Origin: Azolla caroliniana
Taxonomy: Eukaryota > Plantae > Polypodiophyta
Assembly: GCA_043228905.1 (NCBI GenBank)
Contig: JBHGNT010000016.1
Location: forward strand, 16,182,001 to 16,246,000
DNA: 64,000 bases
Reading direction: 5' to 3'
Shown: in pieces, positions 36,947 to 50,100 of the stretch
Position numbering within the stretch: the first letter of the stretch is position 1
Layout of the letters: each line of letters opens with the position of its first letter
Notes under the pieces: model-generated
Seen by the model: only the letters and a program-made list of their open reading frames with translations
Told to the model about the DNA's origin: nothing
Database searches by the model: none
Made by a program: the position numbers and the translations under genes

Positions 36947-39900
36947 TGTCGTAGTGTATTCCACACACTACGTGAAAACCATAAAATAATATATCCGATT
37001 TTAGATACATATAACTAGATAAATAATATGTCAAAAGAATTTATCACGTGCATAGGGCAGGATTCGAACCATGCACCTCCACGTAGATAAACCCCAACTT
37101 TACCATTGTAATAACTTATCTTTAGTGTTATAAATATAGATTTAATACGTATAAGACCTTTATTTACACATACCTTTATGAAAAGGTAAAAATCATGTAT
37201 TCTTTAGAGTGTGAATATTTTATTTACACGTGACATTAAAAGTGAATCATGCACATCTAGCGTGCATGAGCCCTATATTTAGGAAATGACAAAGCATCAC
37301 ATGCACATTTAGTGTGCATGGACACTTTAGGTAAAAAAGCATGAAGCCATGCTTAGCCTCTTCCATCTTTATATAAGGAGGAGAGAAATATGTATATGGT
37401 TGTTGATTAATGTACAAGGGGATTGATCAATCTAATATATTCGGGGGATTCACGAATTTTGCCATCTAATTGCTCTTATAATCTAAATATTGTTTTAATT
37501 ACACTAAACTCGTGGGATTCACGAGATTGCTATCTTACTTCTCTTTCCACTATTCATAACTAGCCTTAAGTTGTATTCCTCTTCCTCCTAGTCAAAAACC
37601 TCGGCGGTTCCCACCCGACTCACGCAACGATCCGGAGCCGAAGGGCACGACACAGTTGGTGAACCCGACGTGAAGACGGGTGGCAAGGAGATGGAAAATC
37701 AACCGGAGGCTAGCAGCATGATGATGATGTTCGAGCGCATGCTACAAGAACAACGCGCGATGTCGGAGATAGCGGCATCAGTGGAGCGGCTTGTGCAACG
37801 AAACGGGCAATTCAACGGGAAAGACGTGTTGCGGTATCTTCGGGACTACAAGGCGGAGATGCTACGGTGCGGAATATCGGAAGGACTGCAAGTGACGTCC
37901 TTCAACCGGGTGGCGACCGACGGGCTTCAAGCAAGCATCCATGGGCTACGACAGCAAAATCCGACATGGGAGGCGTTTGAAGTAGAGCTAAAGAGGACGT
38001 TCGCCATCGAGGATTCGTCCAAGGCGACGCGAAGGGGATTCGAAGATTGGGTGGAGACGCCGGACAAGGGATTGAAGGTCGTTGATGTGTTTTCGGCATT
38101 CGAAAGCCGGTTCGGGAGGTTGTCCGCGAGAGATCAAGCTATCCTCGTACCGGACAAGGTGATCATGTTCTTGCGAGCCGTGGACGTCCGGGACCGGAAA
38201 GATCTCGGAGTGCTCTTGGAGGACACGACCACGGAGAGCGGCCTCACCGAAACATGGGAAAGCGTGCGGGATATCGTCGCGCGATACACGAAGAGGGGGC
38301 AATGGCTTGCCAACGAGGAAAAGAGGGTTTCAGAACCGATTTCGAAACCGAGAACCGGATTGGAAGACCATCAACCAAGGGCTCGGGAGACTACAACCGA
38401 GAATCTACGGTGGAGCAACTATTGAAGGAGATGGAGAATCTGAAGATCGCGATGGTGAAGAAGTCGGATGACCGCCCCACAAGCTCCAAGTATACGGACC
38501 GACGGTGCATATGGTGCGATAGCGCCGAACACGATCGGAGGGATTGCGACGAGCATAAGGAGGCGCTACGGCGGGATCTCATCTACTACGAGGGAAACCG
38601 GATTCATTCGATGGACTCTCGGAAGCCACTCCGACCGAACTTCCGGAAAGGCGGCATGAAGAAGGTGCTCGAGGAGGAATTGGCGGCAAGAAGCAACTAT
38701 GCGACAACCGCGGGAATATGTGTCGGGGAGTCATCGAGAGCAAAGACGTCTTTTTGGCCGGAAGTTCTAGAAAACACCGAGAAAACCGACTCCAAAGAGA
38801 TCCGAAGCACCGCGGAAGGCATCCGGGAAGCTACGGGATGGGAGTGCCCTGTCGACAAGAATAGCGTATATGCCCTGTGTCAATTGCATAAGGTGTATGT
38901 GGACGAGAAACGACGACGCACGGAGGATGCGGCTGGGCCATCGAAGATACCGGAAAGTTGGAACTCCGGAGGTAAGGGAAAAGAAAAGCCGACTCCGGCA
39001 TTCAAGCTCGCCTCGGACATAGAACAACAAACCGACTTGAAAAGAGTGTTCGAGGAAAGAATCTTGGATAGCCGGGTAGATTTCTCGCTTCGGGAGCTAC
39101 TCGGAATAGCAAAGAAGGAGTTCCACGATCTTCTCGTGGATCTCGTGAAGCGAAAAAGACAAAGTACGGAGGAAAATGCTCCAAGGGTGAATGCGAACAC
39201 CGTTTTAATGAACGACACCGAAGTGGAGGACGAAATTCCGAACTCCCACTATACAAGGCCACATTGGGCACGCGCGACTACGGAGACTCCGGTCCAAATC
39301 GGCAACATCAAAGAACCCGTGCTAGCATTGATTGATCACGGATCGGAGATCAACTTGATGTCCGAGGAGTTCTACCGGAAGGGGAAGTGGCCTATTAACA
39401 CCAACCATGGATGGAAGATTCGGGCGGCCACCAAAGCAACGGAAGATCTATTTGCGGCTTGTCCGGATGTGACGGTGAAGATCGGGGATGTCGAGATCGA
39501 CCAAAATTTCTTCGTGCAAGATGAGGTTTCACATTCCGTCATCCTCGGCCAACCCTTTATCACGGCATCACGGATGGAGACGAAGGTGCTCGATAGCGGT
39601 GCGGCTTTTGCATGAATTCGGAGCCAAAACGGTGGGAAATCCGTCCAATTTCTAACGGTGCCGGCAAATCACGAAAGGAACAAGAGGGAACTCTTGTCCC
39701 AAGTGAGAATGGATTTTTTAAAGCGGACTGTTGCGGAGTGGGGAAGTGATAGTCCGAGAAGCCCTGATACCCCACACAGGAAGAAAACTCTCGGAGCAAA
39801 ACATGTACGAATCGGTCCGGATGGGGCATCTACGTACACGACCGTAACCGGAGGATTGAAGAAAGGATACCGACAAGTGGAGGATAAGTTGCGGTCGGCA

Positions 39901-42900
39901 TCAATAATAAAAGAAGATGAAGAAATCGTGGGGATAGTCGAAGAAGTGTTCTATGAGAGCACGCTACAACGACTTGAAGAGCTTGCGGAAGATAAAAGCC
40001 AAGGGAACCGGGTAGTCCCGGTGGAATCGGTCGAGATGTACGAGATCATTGCGAAAATGGAGCCGGATACGCTCCGCAAAGAAGAAGCAATGGTAAGTAC
40101 GAAATACAAGACCGTGGAGAAGAAGGTGAAACCGGCCGCGGGACCACTACCCACCGATAGCGAGCAAAAGAGGAAAGAAGTCTCGGGAGATCCAACACTT
40201 CGGAAGACCGTGGATATCGGACATGCCTTCACGGATGAGACCCGGAAGAAACTTCGGATCGGTGGAGGTGGGTTCCTATTACAAAAAGAAGAAGAACGGT
40301 TTTGCGAGATGTTGGAGCAACACGGCAAAGCGTTTGCATTTACATCAAGGGAGATAGGGTGCGTAGATCCGAGAATAGTGGAGCCGATGGTGATCTTCAC
40401 GATTGACCATGTACCGTGGAACCTGAAGCCGATTCCGGTGCCACGAGCGCATATTCCGAAAGTCATTGACTTGCTCAAGGAGAAGGTGGCGATGGGGATT
40501 CTAGAGCCATCAACTGCTCCGTACTCAAATCGATGGTTTACGGTTCCAAAGAAGAATGGGTCACTCCGATTTATCCAAGACTTGCAACCGGTGAATAAGG
40601 TCACGATCCGGAACTCGGGAGTCAGTCCGATAGTGGACGAATTTGTGGAAGCTTTTGCCGGTCGTGCGATATACTCCATCGGAGACCTATACTTCGCGGT
40701 ATCCCATCGTGCGATATAGTTCGCGGTATCCGATCCGATTCGGAGCAAAGGTTCTCAACGAAAGGCAACGTGGATATGCACAAGTCAAAAGAGAACTGTG
40801 GGGAGTCGTGTCGGCGATAAAATCGGATCGGGATTATTTGATCGGAGCCGAAGTGGTGATCGAGACAGATTGTCTTCCGATACTCGGGATGATGCGGTGT
40901 TGTACGATACCGGATGTAGCTATGCTAAGGTGGGTTGCATATGTCAAGTCGCTTAATCCGGAGGTTCGACATATCTCGGGGAAGGACAACGCGGTAGCGG
41001 ATATGTTATCAAGGGCTCGGTTCAGAGACGACATAACCGAATCGGATAATGAAGAAGTTTCCGAAGACTACTTCACGTCGGAGCACATATGCCGAGTAAA
41101 CGTAATCCGAGAATTCCGGGAAGAAGAATACGAGGGAGAAAGCTTGATGATCGGAAAGATGTTACAAGAGGCCGAGGATTCAACAAACGATAAAGGAAGA
41201 AGAGCCGAGATCCAAAGGAAGAAGAGGCAAGTCCAAAAGTTCTTCTTGGAAAACGTATTAATATGGAGGGCGCCAAAAAGACCGGATGGTATACCACTTC
41301 GAGTAGTCGGGACAAAAGAGCAACAAGACCGGATAATGCCTGAGTTTCACGAATCCGATTGGGCTGGACACCGAGGAACATGGGCAACATTTGTGAAGAT
41401 CAAGCAAAAATATTGGTGGAAGAAAATGTACAAAGATGTCGCGGAGTTCACGGGAAGCTGCGAGAAATGTCAAGTCTACTCCGGGGTTCGACATCGAGAT
41501 GAGTTACATCCGACATTCTCACCGACAATCAGCTTCAAGTGGATGGTTGACATAGTGGCCATGCCGACCGGGATCGGACAAAAGAAATACTTGGTATTAG
41601 CTCGGGAAGATCTCACGAATCAAGTAGAAGGTCGAGCGCTTCAGAGGAAAACGTGCTCCGCGGTATGCCAATTTCTTTTGGAGGAAGTATTTTGTAGGTA
41701 TGGGTGCGTAGGACAAGTGATTGCGGACCGGGGAGAACTCGACTCAGACAAAGCTAGGGGATTCTTCGCCAAACACGGAGTTCGGTTATCGCTGACAACG
41801 GCATACAATCCGGAGGCCAACGGGAAAATCGAACGAGGACATAGTCCGATCGTGAAAGCACTTGCAAAGGCATGCGATGGAAAGGTGAAGGACTGGCCGC
41901 AGATGCTTCCGTATGCACTATGGGCGGATCGGACGACGCATAGCTCCATAACCGGTTACATGCCGGCAGAACTCATGACCGGACAAGCACCGGTAATGCC
42001 GACGGAAACCGCGATCGCAACATGGACAGTGCTACCGTGGAAGGAAGAGATGAGCCGGGAAGAGCTACTAGCGGTCTGGATACGACAACTAGAGGGAAGA
42101 CCGGCAGACATAGCGGAAGCAATACGCCGACAACAAGAAGCACGATTCAGGAACAAAAGCCGGTTCGACACAAAGCACCGACTACGACCGAGGAGGATTG
42201 AAGAAGGAGATTGGGTGATCGTCTATGACAGTAGTTTGGACCATCAACATACAACGATGCGGAAATTCGCGAAAAGGTGGTTCGGGCCATACGAGGTTCG
42301 GAAAGTCTTCGACAACGGAACGTACCGACTATCCGAGTTGGATGGAACAATACTACGAGTGCCTATAGCCGGGAAGCGGGTGAAGATTTTCAAGAAGCGG
42401 ACCGACGACAAACCCTATGTGATCCAAGCCAAGGCTGACAACGAGGAGCAATCAGACGAAGACCACGGTGATGCGGGAAGCGAAGAAAGTGAATTACAAC
42501 TCATAGTCGACATAAGGGGAGAATCGGAGGAAGCTTTGGGTGAAGACGGATATGGGGAATCGAGAACTTCGGCACATACCGGAGGATGTGCAGGTTCGGA
42601 GGGGGCGAGTGTCGTAGTGTATTCTACACACTACGTGAAAACCATAAAATAATATATCCGATTTTAGATACATATAACTAGATAAATAATATGTCAAAAG
42701 AATTTATCACGTGCATAGGGCAGGATTCGAACCATGCACCTCCACATAGATAAACCCCAACTTTACCATTGTAATAACTTATCTTTAGTGGTATAAATAT
42801 AGATTTAATCGTATAAGACCTTTATTTACAGATACCTTTATGAAAAGGTAAAAATCATGTATTCTTTAGAGTGTGAATATTTTATTTACACGTGACATTA

Positions 42901-43314
42901 AAAGTGAATCATGCACATCTAGCGTGCATGAGCCCTATATTTAGGAAATGACAAAGCATCACATGCACATTTAGTGTGCATGGACACTTTAGGTAAAAAA
43001 GCATGAAGCCATGCTTAGCCTCTTCCATCTTTATATAAGGAGGAGAGAAATATGTATATGGTTGTTGATTAATGTACAAGGGGATTGATCAATCTAATAT
43101 ATTCGGGGGATTCACGAATTTTGCCATCTAATTGCTCTTATAATCTAAATATTGTTTTAATTACACTAAACTCGTGGGATTCACGAGATTGCTATCTTAC
43201 TTCTCTTTCCACTATTCATAACTAGCCTTAAGTTGTATTCCTCTTCCTCCTAGTCAAAAACCTCGGCGGTTCCCACCCGACTCACGCAACGATCCGGAGC
43301 CGAAGGGCACGACA
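36947..43314 (+). mobile_element. Young Ty3/gypsy element with tRNA-Trp PBS, 4-bp TSD CCGC, and RT largely deleted
   Basis: LTRs at 36947-37652 and 42610-43314, with about 4 substitutions and 1 indel by eye. TSD at 36943-36946 and 43315-43318. PBS TGGTGAACCCGACGTGA at 37657-37673. PPT GAGGGGGCGAG. Confidence 0.95.
37691..42652 (+). pseudogene. gag-pol of the young gypsy (gag, zinc knuckle, protease, partial RT, RNase H end, integrase)
   Basis: CIWCDSAEHDRRDC, ALIDHGSEINLM, WFTVPKKNGSLRFIQDLQPVN, IETDC, ADRGE, YNPEANGKIER. Frameshift at about 38400, stop at 39613, deletion at about 40690-40720. Confidence 0.9.
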
Positions 43315-44902
43315 CCGCTCCAGTCCACGTGAAGATGACATCCATTAGAACTATTTTGCAAATAGTTTCCAGTATGGATTTGGAGATCGAACAATTGGAT
43401 GTCAAGATGACATTCTTGCACGACGAGCTAGATGAAGAAATCTACATGCAGTAGCCCAAAGGATTTGAGGAGAAAGGGAAAGAGAACTTGGTGTGTCGAT
43501 TGAAGAAAAGCTTGTATGGTCTGAAACAAGCTCCATGCCAATGGTACAAGAAGTTCCAATCCTTCATGGTGGAACATGGGTTCCAAAAAACACATGCGGA
43601 TCATTGTGTGTTCATCAAAAGGTACGACGAAGGTAACTTCTTGATTCTCCTATTATGTGTAGACGAAATGTTGATAGTCGGTCAAGATACATGGAAGATT
43701 AGAAGCTTGAAGAAAGCCCTAGGCAAATCGTTTGCCATGAAAGATCTTGGACCAGCTAAACAGATCTTAGGGATGCACATAGTTCAAGATAGAACTAAGA
43801 GATCATTATGGTTGTCACAACAGAAGTATGTGACGAAGATCCTAGAAAGTTTCAACATGTCAGAAGCAAAGCCAGTTGGCTCTGTGTTACCGACTAACTA
43901 CAAGTTAAATGCAAAGCAATGTTTGAGAGGGGAGAATGAAAAGGCTGAGATGAGGAAAATACCATATGCCTCAGTTGTCGGTAGTCTAATGTACGCTATG
44001 ATCTGCACGAGACTAGACATAGCATTTGTTGTGGGAACAGTAAGGTGATACATGAGTAATCGAGGACGAGAACACTAGGCAACGCAGAAATGGATACTCA
44101 CGTACTTAAAAGCCACCTTGGGTGTGTGTCTTAAGTATGGTGTTGGAAAACCCATGCTCGAAGGGTTTACCGACTCGGACATGTCATCGGATGTAGACTC
44201 AAGCCGATCCTTTAGGGTACGTGATGACCGATGCATGGGGAGCAATGTCATGCCAGTCATGACTACAATGAGAGATAGAAGGCCAAGCGGAGGAAAGGGC
44301 AGCGGAAGAGATGCCAACACCATGACAACAAGGGAACAAAGAAAGACCACTTGACTAGACAAGCCGACCGAAAGGGTTGAGGCGCACGGAATCGAAAGGG
44401 TCGAGGAGCGCAAGCGAGAGGTGAAGCCAAGAGAAAACTGAGCGAAGATCCGGAAGAGAAAGTAGAATCTCAAGTTGATCTTAGGGAGAGTGTTGAGATA
44501 CAAGCTCAACATTGGGTGCGTAAACCGGTGCGTAAACCAGTGTGTAGACTAGTGTGTAAACCAGGCACGCAACGAGAGGCCGTAGCGTTGTGTAAATCGA
44601 GAGGCTATTGATAGATATTCCACGGAGGAATATATTTTGTGTAGGGGTCTCATTTACGAGCATTGAAGTAAGAGTCAGTACTTATGTTAGTTCGTATGGA
44701 CTTGTATAAAAGCACCCTCTGAGCGCATCCTATGTACAAAGTTTTTAGAGTGTTGTTTTGAAATTAAGTTTTGTATGTTCTGATCCCTCTCTCTCTGTCT
44801 CTCCCACGTACACTGTGTTGATTAAGCTTTCCATTAAACCTTCTTTGTCTCTTATCTGTTGTTACCTGGTTCTGTCTGTTAAGCTTCTGCACGTATTCTT
44901 TC

Positions 44903-46898
44903 TCACACTCTCCTCATCTTTGCCTTATCTTTCTCAGTTATTGGACATTGTCCTGAATTTAACTTACAATTCACTAGCAATGGAGATCCAATAGATTTTG
45001 CATTGTACATGTTAAACCCTTGCAAAACTTTCATCACATATTTCTCTTGTGACAGCCATAGCATGTTTTTAGTCCTGTCTTGGACTATATGCATTCCCAA
45101 AATCTATTTTGTTGGTTCTAAGTCTTTAATGGCAAAAGATTTGCTCAAAGCTTTCTTCTTGCAATCTTTTTAACATCCTGTCCAACAACCAACATATCAT
45201 CCACATACAACAAAAGAATAAGAAAATCACCTTCATCATACCTTTTCACAAATACACAATGATCGGCTTGTGTTTTGTGGAATCCATGTTCCAACATGAA
45301 GGACTCAAATTTATTATACCATTGTCGTGGAGCTTGCTTTAGCCCATACAAGTTTTTCCTCAACCTACATATGAGGTTCTCTTTTCCTTTTACCTCAAAG
45401 CCCTCCAACTATTGCATATAGATTTCCTCTTCCAATTCACCATGTAAGAATGTTGTTTTAACATCCAACTGTTCAATTTCCAAATTCAAACTGGCGGCCA
45501 TACTCAAAACAGTTCGGATGGAAGTCATCCTGACAACTGGAGAAAAAATTTCATCAAAATCAACACCCTTTTTCTGTTGGAAACCCTTCACGACAATGCA
45601 GGCGTTATACCTAGGTGTACTTCTATCTTCTCTAGTATTTAATTTGTAGATCCATTTGTTTCTAAGTGCCTTCTTACCATCAGGAAGCTCCATTAGCTCA
45701 TAGGTGAGGTTCTCATTCAAGGAATCCATTTCCTCTTGCATGGCATTATACCATTTCTTCTTGTGTACATCATTCATGGCCTCTTCATAGCATTCTGGTC
45801 CCCCTTCATCAGTCAAGAAGATATATTGACTAGCTAGATATCGAGAGGAGGCCGTCCTATCTTTGTGGATATTTTCTTTCTTCAATAATTGACTCAGATT
45901 CAATTTCTTCCAATAGCTCATCTTTTGACTCAGATTCGTGTGCATCAGTTTGCTATTGAGTGTTGGTTGACTCAGATTCGGCTTCATCAACCGGTTGTTG
46001 TCTACCAGTTGGTTATGTGGGAATGCGATCGACTAGTGTCGACTCCATAACAATAGTCGATTGGGAAGACAAGTCTAGTCTTTGATGTTTCCAGTCTTCA
46101 ATTATGTTGTCTTCCATGAATATAACATCACAACTTCTTATCACTTTCTTATCAACGAGATCCCACATCCTGTACCCGAACTCATCTTCCGAGTACCCCA
46201 AGAATATGCAAGCCTTGGACTTGTTGTCTAGGTTTGACCTCTGGTCTTTAGCAACATGTACATAAGACAAGCATCCAAACACCCTGAAATGTTGGTAGGA
46301 CACACTACTTCCTGTCCACATCCTATGTGGTACATCCCCTTTCAGAGGCACTGCTAGAGACCTGTTTATGAGATAGACAACCGCCAACATTGCCTCAACC
46401 CAATACAAGTTTGGCAATTTTGCATGTGACAACATGCTTCTTCCCCTTTCCATTATGGTTCGGTTCATTCTCTCTGCTACACCATTCAAGTCAACTGTCT
46501 TCAGCACCGTATACTCAAGTTTAATGCCTTGAGTCTTGCAATACATTTCAAATTGTCCTCTATACTCACCACCATTATCTGTTCCGACAACTTTCAACTT
46601 CTGTCCAGATTCTCTTTCTGCACTTGCATGAAACTCTTTGGAGACAGACGACACTTAGTCTTTAGACACTAACACAGAAGCCCACACCTTTATGCTGAAA
46701 TCATCAATAAATGTGACAAAGTATTGTCGACCACGATGTAATGGGGCATCCACATAACACCATCTATGTGAACCAATTCTAATGCATTTTCTCTTCTCAT
46801 TGGAGGCCTAGACTAAAAGGTTGTTTTATCCTGCTCACCATCTGAGCCACCCACTACAATGGCTTCATCTCGACACAATTTGGCATGTATTACATACA
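44903..46898 (-). mobile_element. Ty1/copia pol remnant (INT-RT), truncated at the TIR of transposon copy 2
   Basis: TDNGGEY, NGVAERMNRT, QLDVKTTFLHGELEE, LYGLKQAPRQW, LLYVDDML. Confidence 0.88.
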
Positions 46899-47729
46899 AA
46901 CACCGGGATATTTGAAACAGGTAATATGTCGCATTTTGAGAACTGACCATCAAAAAATGACACAAATTAGGGTGATTCACAAAAAAGGGTGTCGCATGCG
47001 TAAAGGAGTTTTAAAAATGACCCAAAAATATATTTATTTTTAACATGTACGGAAATTTAGGTGTTCAAAAAAATGCCTAAATAATGGACATGCCAAACTT
47101 ACAAATGAATGTCCAAAATGACTAACCGCAATATTTATAGAAATTCTGAATCCAAATCTTGATGTGCAATACAATATTTATAGTTAACGTATCAGGACAA
47201 TCATTTTTCAAGTTTATGTCATCATCTTCATACCCATTAGATGAACTAGTACGAGTTTATGAGGTCTCATCCTCATCATCAATGGCAACTAATGCATTGT
47301 GTTGATCCAATTGCAATCCAACCTCATCGAGTTTATGAGTCATGCTTCTTGTTTGTCTTTGTGTTGTGTCTGAAGCCACATTCCAGATCCTCTTTTAGTA
47401 TCTTCATTGTGGTCTGTCACAGATAACTTGTTTTGGTCAAAGATAAGTCATACACTAATATATAAACATTATCCAATGTAAGAGTAGATGTGCTTCATGC
47501 ATCTTTCCTCCTCACTTTTTGGTTATGATATTTCATTATGTACTTTCCATTTACAAGATTAGGTTATGTGAGAGAAGCTTTCTACCAAAATCATTAGAAT
47601 CTAAAAAATGTCTTAAAGATGTTTTCCATTTTTCTTAGATTCTCATAGTAAGCCTTTGATGTCGTACAGAAATCCGATTCATTCCATCTAGATTTGACGC
47701 AACATGTCGAATTTTACTCTATACATCTA

Positions 47730-49645
47730 GAATTGGATATAATGCATCAGATTCCTGTAAGTCTTGGAATTTTTTAAAAAATTTCCATTAAAAAAATACT
47801 CTTGCATTTTAATGCATTGCATTGAATTCTAGCTACATAGACTAAAATATGATACATTGCATGGATTTCCCGAAAATACATACATAAATACAAATTGAAA
47901 AAATAAAACATTTTCCCATAAATAAATAAATAAACATTTTTTATTTTACTCGTAAATAAAGAAATAAAAATTGAAAAATTAGATTTCAATGGAAATCCAA
48001 TTCCGTGCATCGGATTCAATTGAAAATCCAATTTCTCTTATTTTTTTGAAATTTTTCTTATTTTTTGAATTGTTTTTGAATTTGTTTTTATTTTTCCCAT
48101 AAAAAATAAATAAAAATTGAAAAAATGGATTTTCAACCGAAATCCGATGCACTGCATCGGATTTTAGTTGAAAGTCCACTTTTACGTATTTTTTCCAAAT
48201 TTTCTTTTGTTTTGATTTTTTTGTAATTTTTTTGAATTTTTTCTATAAAAAATAAATAAATATTGAAAAAATAGATTTTCAATGGAAATCTGATGCACTG
48301 CATTGGATTTCCGTAGAAAATCCACTTTTTCTTATTTTTTTCCAAATTTTCATAGTTTTTAGAATTTTTTTGGGATTTTGTTTGTCTATTTTCTCATAAA
48401 TAACTATATAGAAATTGAAAAAATGAATTTTCAAAGGAAATCCGATGCATTGCATCGGATTTCTATTGAAAGTCCACTTTTTGCTATTTGTTACCAAATT
48501 TTCATATTTTAAAATATTGTTTTGTATTTTTTTTTTAAAATTTCATTTTTTCCCATAAATAAATAAATAAAAATTGCAAAAAATGGGTTTTCAACAGAAA
48601 TCCGATGCACTACATCGGATTTCTATTGAAAATCCATTTTGTCTTATTTGTTTCCAGTTTTTCAGATATTTTGAATTTGTTTTTGTATTTGTTTTGAATT
48701 GTTTTGGTTTTTATCATAAATAAATATATAGGAATTGAAAAAAATGGATTTTCAACAGAAATCCGATGCAGTGCATCGAATTTCCATTGAAAGTCCACTT
48801 TTTCTTGTTTGTTTACAAATTTTCTTATTTGTTTATATTTTTCTCTAAAAAAGTATTAAAAATAAACAAATTGTGATTTTCTCCATTTAAAATGATGTGT
48901 TTTCAACGGGAATCCGATGCAGTGCATCGGATTCCCATTGAAAACAGATCATCTTCAACAGGATTTTCAATGGATCGGATTTCCGTTCAAAATCACTGAA
49001 TTTAAATAGAAATCTGATGCAGTGCATCGGATTTCCATTGAAAGTCCAATATTTTTCTTATGTTTTTTCATAAAACATGAATTTGCAATTGAAATCTGAC
49101 TCAATGGTTCAGATTTTGTTGAAAATGTAATATTTTTTTATTAGCTCATTGTTTTATGAAAAACCTAAAAGAAATTTGGATTTTTAATTGAAATTCGATG
49201 TAGTGCATTAGATTTCAGTTGGAAATCCACTTTTTTAATATATTTTTATTTATTTTTTGAAAAAATGAAAAACAATTGAAAAGAAAGAGGATTGCTAGTT
49301 AAAATCTAATGCAATGCATCAATGTCTAGCTGTATAGACTACGATCTGATGTAGTGTATCGGATTTCAGTTGAAAAGCTGTTTATTATTTTTTTGTATGG
49401 AAAATAAATAAATAAATAACATTGGAAAAAGAAAAAAGAAAAATGGATTTTCGACTCTAATCCAACGCATTGCATTAGATTCTAGCTATATATACTAAAA
49501 TATAATGTAGTGCATAGTATTTTAGCTGAAAATCCATTTTTTATTTTTTAATGGAAAATTTTTTAAAAATTACAAAAAAAATAACTTGGATTTTCAACTG
49601 AAATCTAGTGCATCACATTGGATTCCAATTAAAAATCCAAGATTT
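47730..49645. repeat. Array of roughly 18 palindromes of up to about 53 bp with AT-rich spacers
   Basis: Consensus TGGATTTTCAACNGAAATCCGATGCA-N-TGCATCGGATTTCNRTTGAAARTCCA. Best copies start at about 48126, 48272, 48424, 48584, 48745 and 48897, a period of about 150-160 bp. Confidence 0.92.
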
Positions 49646-49681
49646 TTTATTTTTTCAAATTTTATTGTTTCAAATTTTCAA

Positions 49682-50100
49682 TGGGTTTTAGATTAGTTTT
49701 CTAACACAGGTATATAATATAAAACTTACATCAATTTACATTAACGTTATATTCTATTCTTCAGTTTGATGTTACCTGTGCAATTTCATTCTACTGTCAT
49801 GTACTACTAAAACATACACCTTAAAGATTATCAGGAACTTTGTTGCATTAGAGAAGGACCTTGAGCAAGTTAATGTCATCAAAATGAGGATCCATGGTAT
49901 CTGGGGTTGTCCTGATCAAGACCAAGAAGTTGGGGCAAAGCATATCAATAAAACTTAGATGTTCCAGATGACTTTTAGAAAACTTGTGGAACTATAGATG
50001 AAGATGCAGGGCAACTTGTTGAATTAGAAGACGTTTCAGAGTCTGAACATACTAACAATTCAACTTAGCGTACTAACAAAGCCAATGAGGACAATCCTGA
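49682..50100 (+). pseudogene. Remnant of the last two exons of a diverged paralog of the ParB-methyltransferase gene
   Basis: WVLD*FSNTG followed by a GT donor at 49710 matches WILDLFFGTG and its donor in copy 1. From 49801, TTKTYTLKIIRNFVALEKDLEQVNVIKMRIHGIWGCPDQDQEVGAK aligns with TTSACALKLFRNIVALEKDEEQVIFINMRIKALWECPDQDEEVSAK. Confidence 0.85.

Larger units (their letters stand above)
35852..44900 (+). mobile_element. Ty1/copia pol remnant (INT-RT), split by a young gypsy and followed by a copia-type 3' region and LTR
   Basis: GQFEEYCK..NGLAERMNRT. The RT motif DFDEISAPV is continuous across the 36947-43314 insertion. LYGLKQAP. LTR-like sequence at about 44491-44900. Confidence 0.82.

Noticed and set aside
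39951-40748. Long antisense ORFs over retrotransposon pol (also 26768-27530, 29125-29673, 3318-3884)
   Set aside because: Shadow frames of real coding strands with no recognisable motifs.
47730-49645. CRISPR-like array (palindromic repeats with spacers)
   Set aside because: The context is eukaryotic and there are no cas genes. Repeats are degenerate, and spacers are low-complexity, similar to one another and variable in length.
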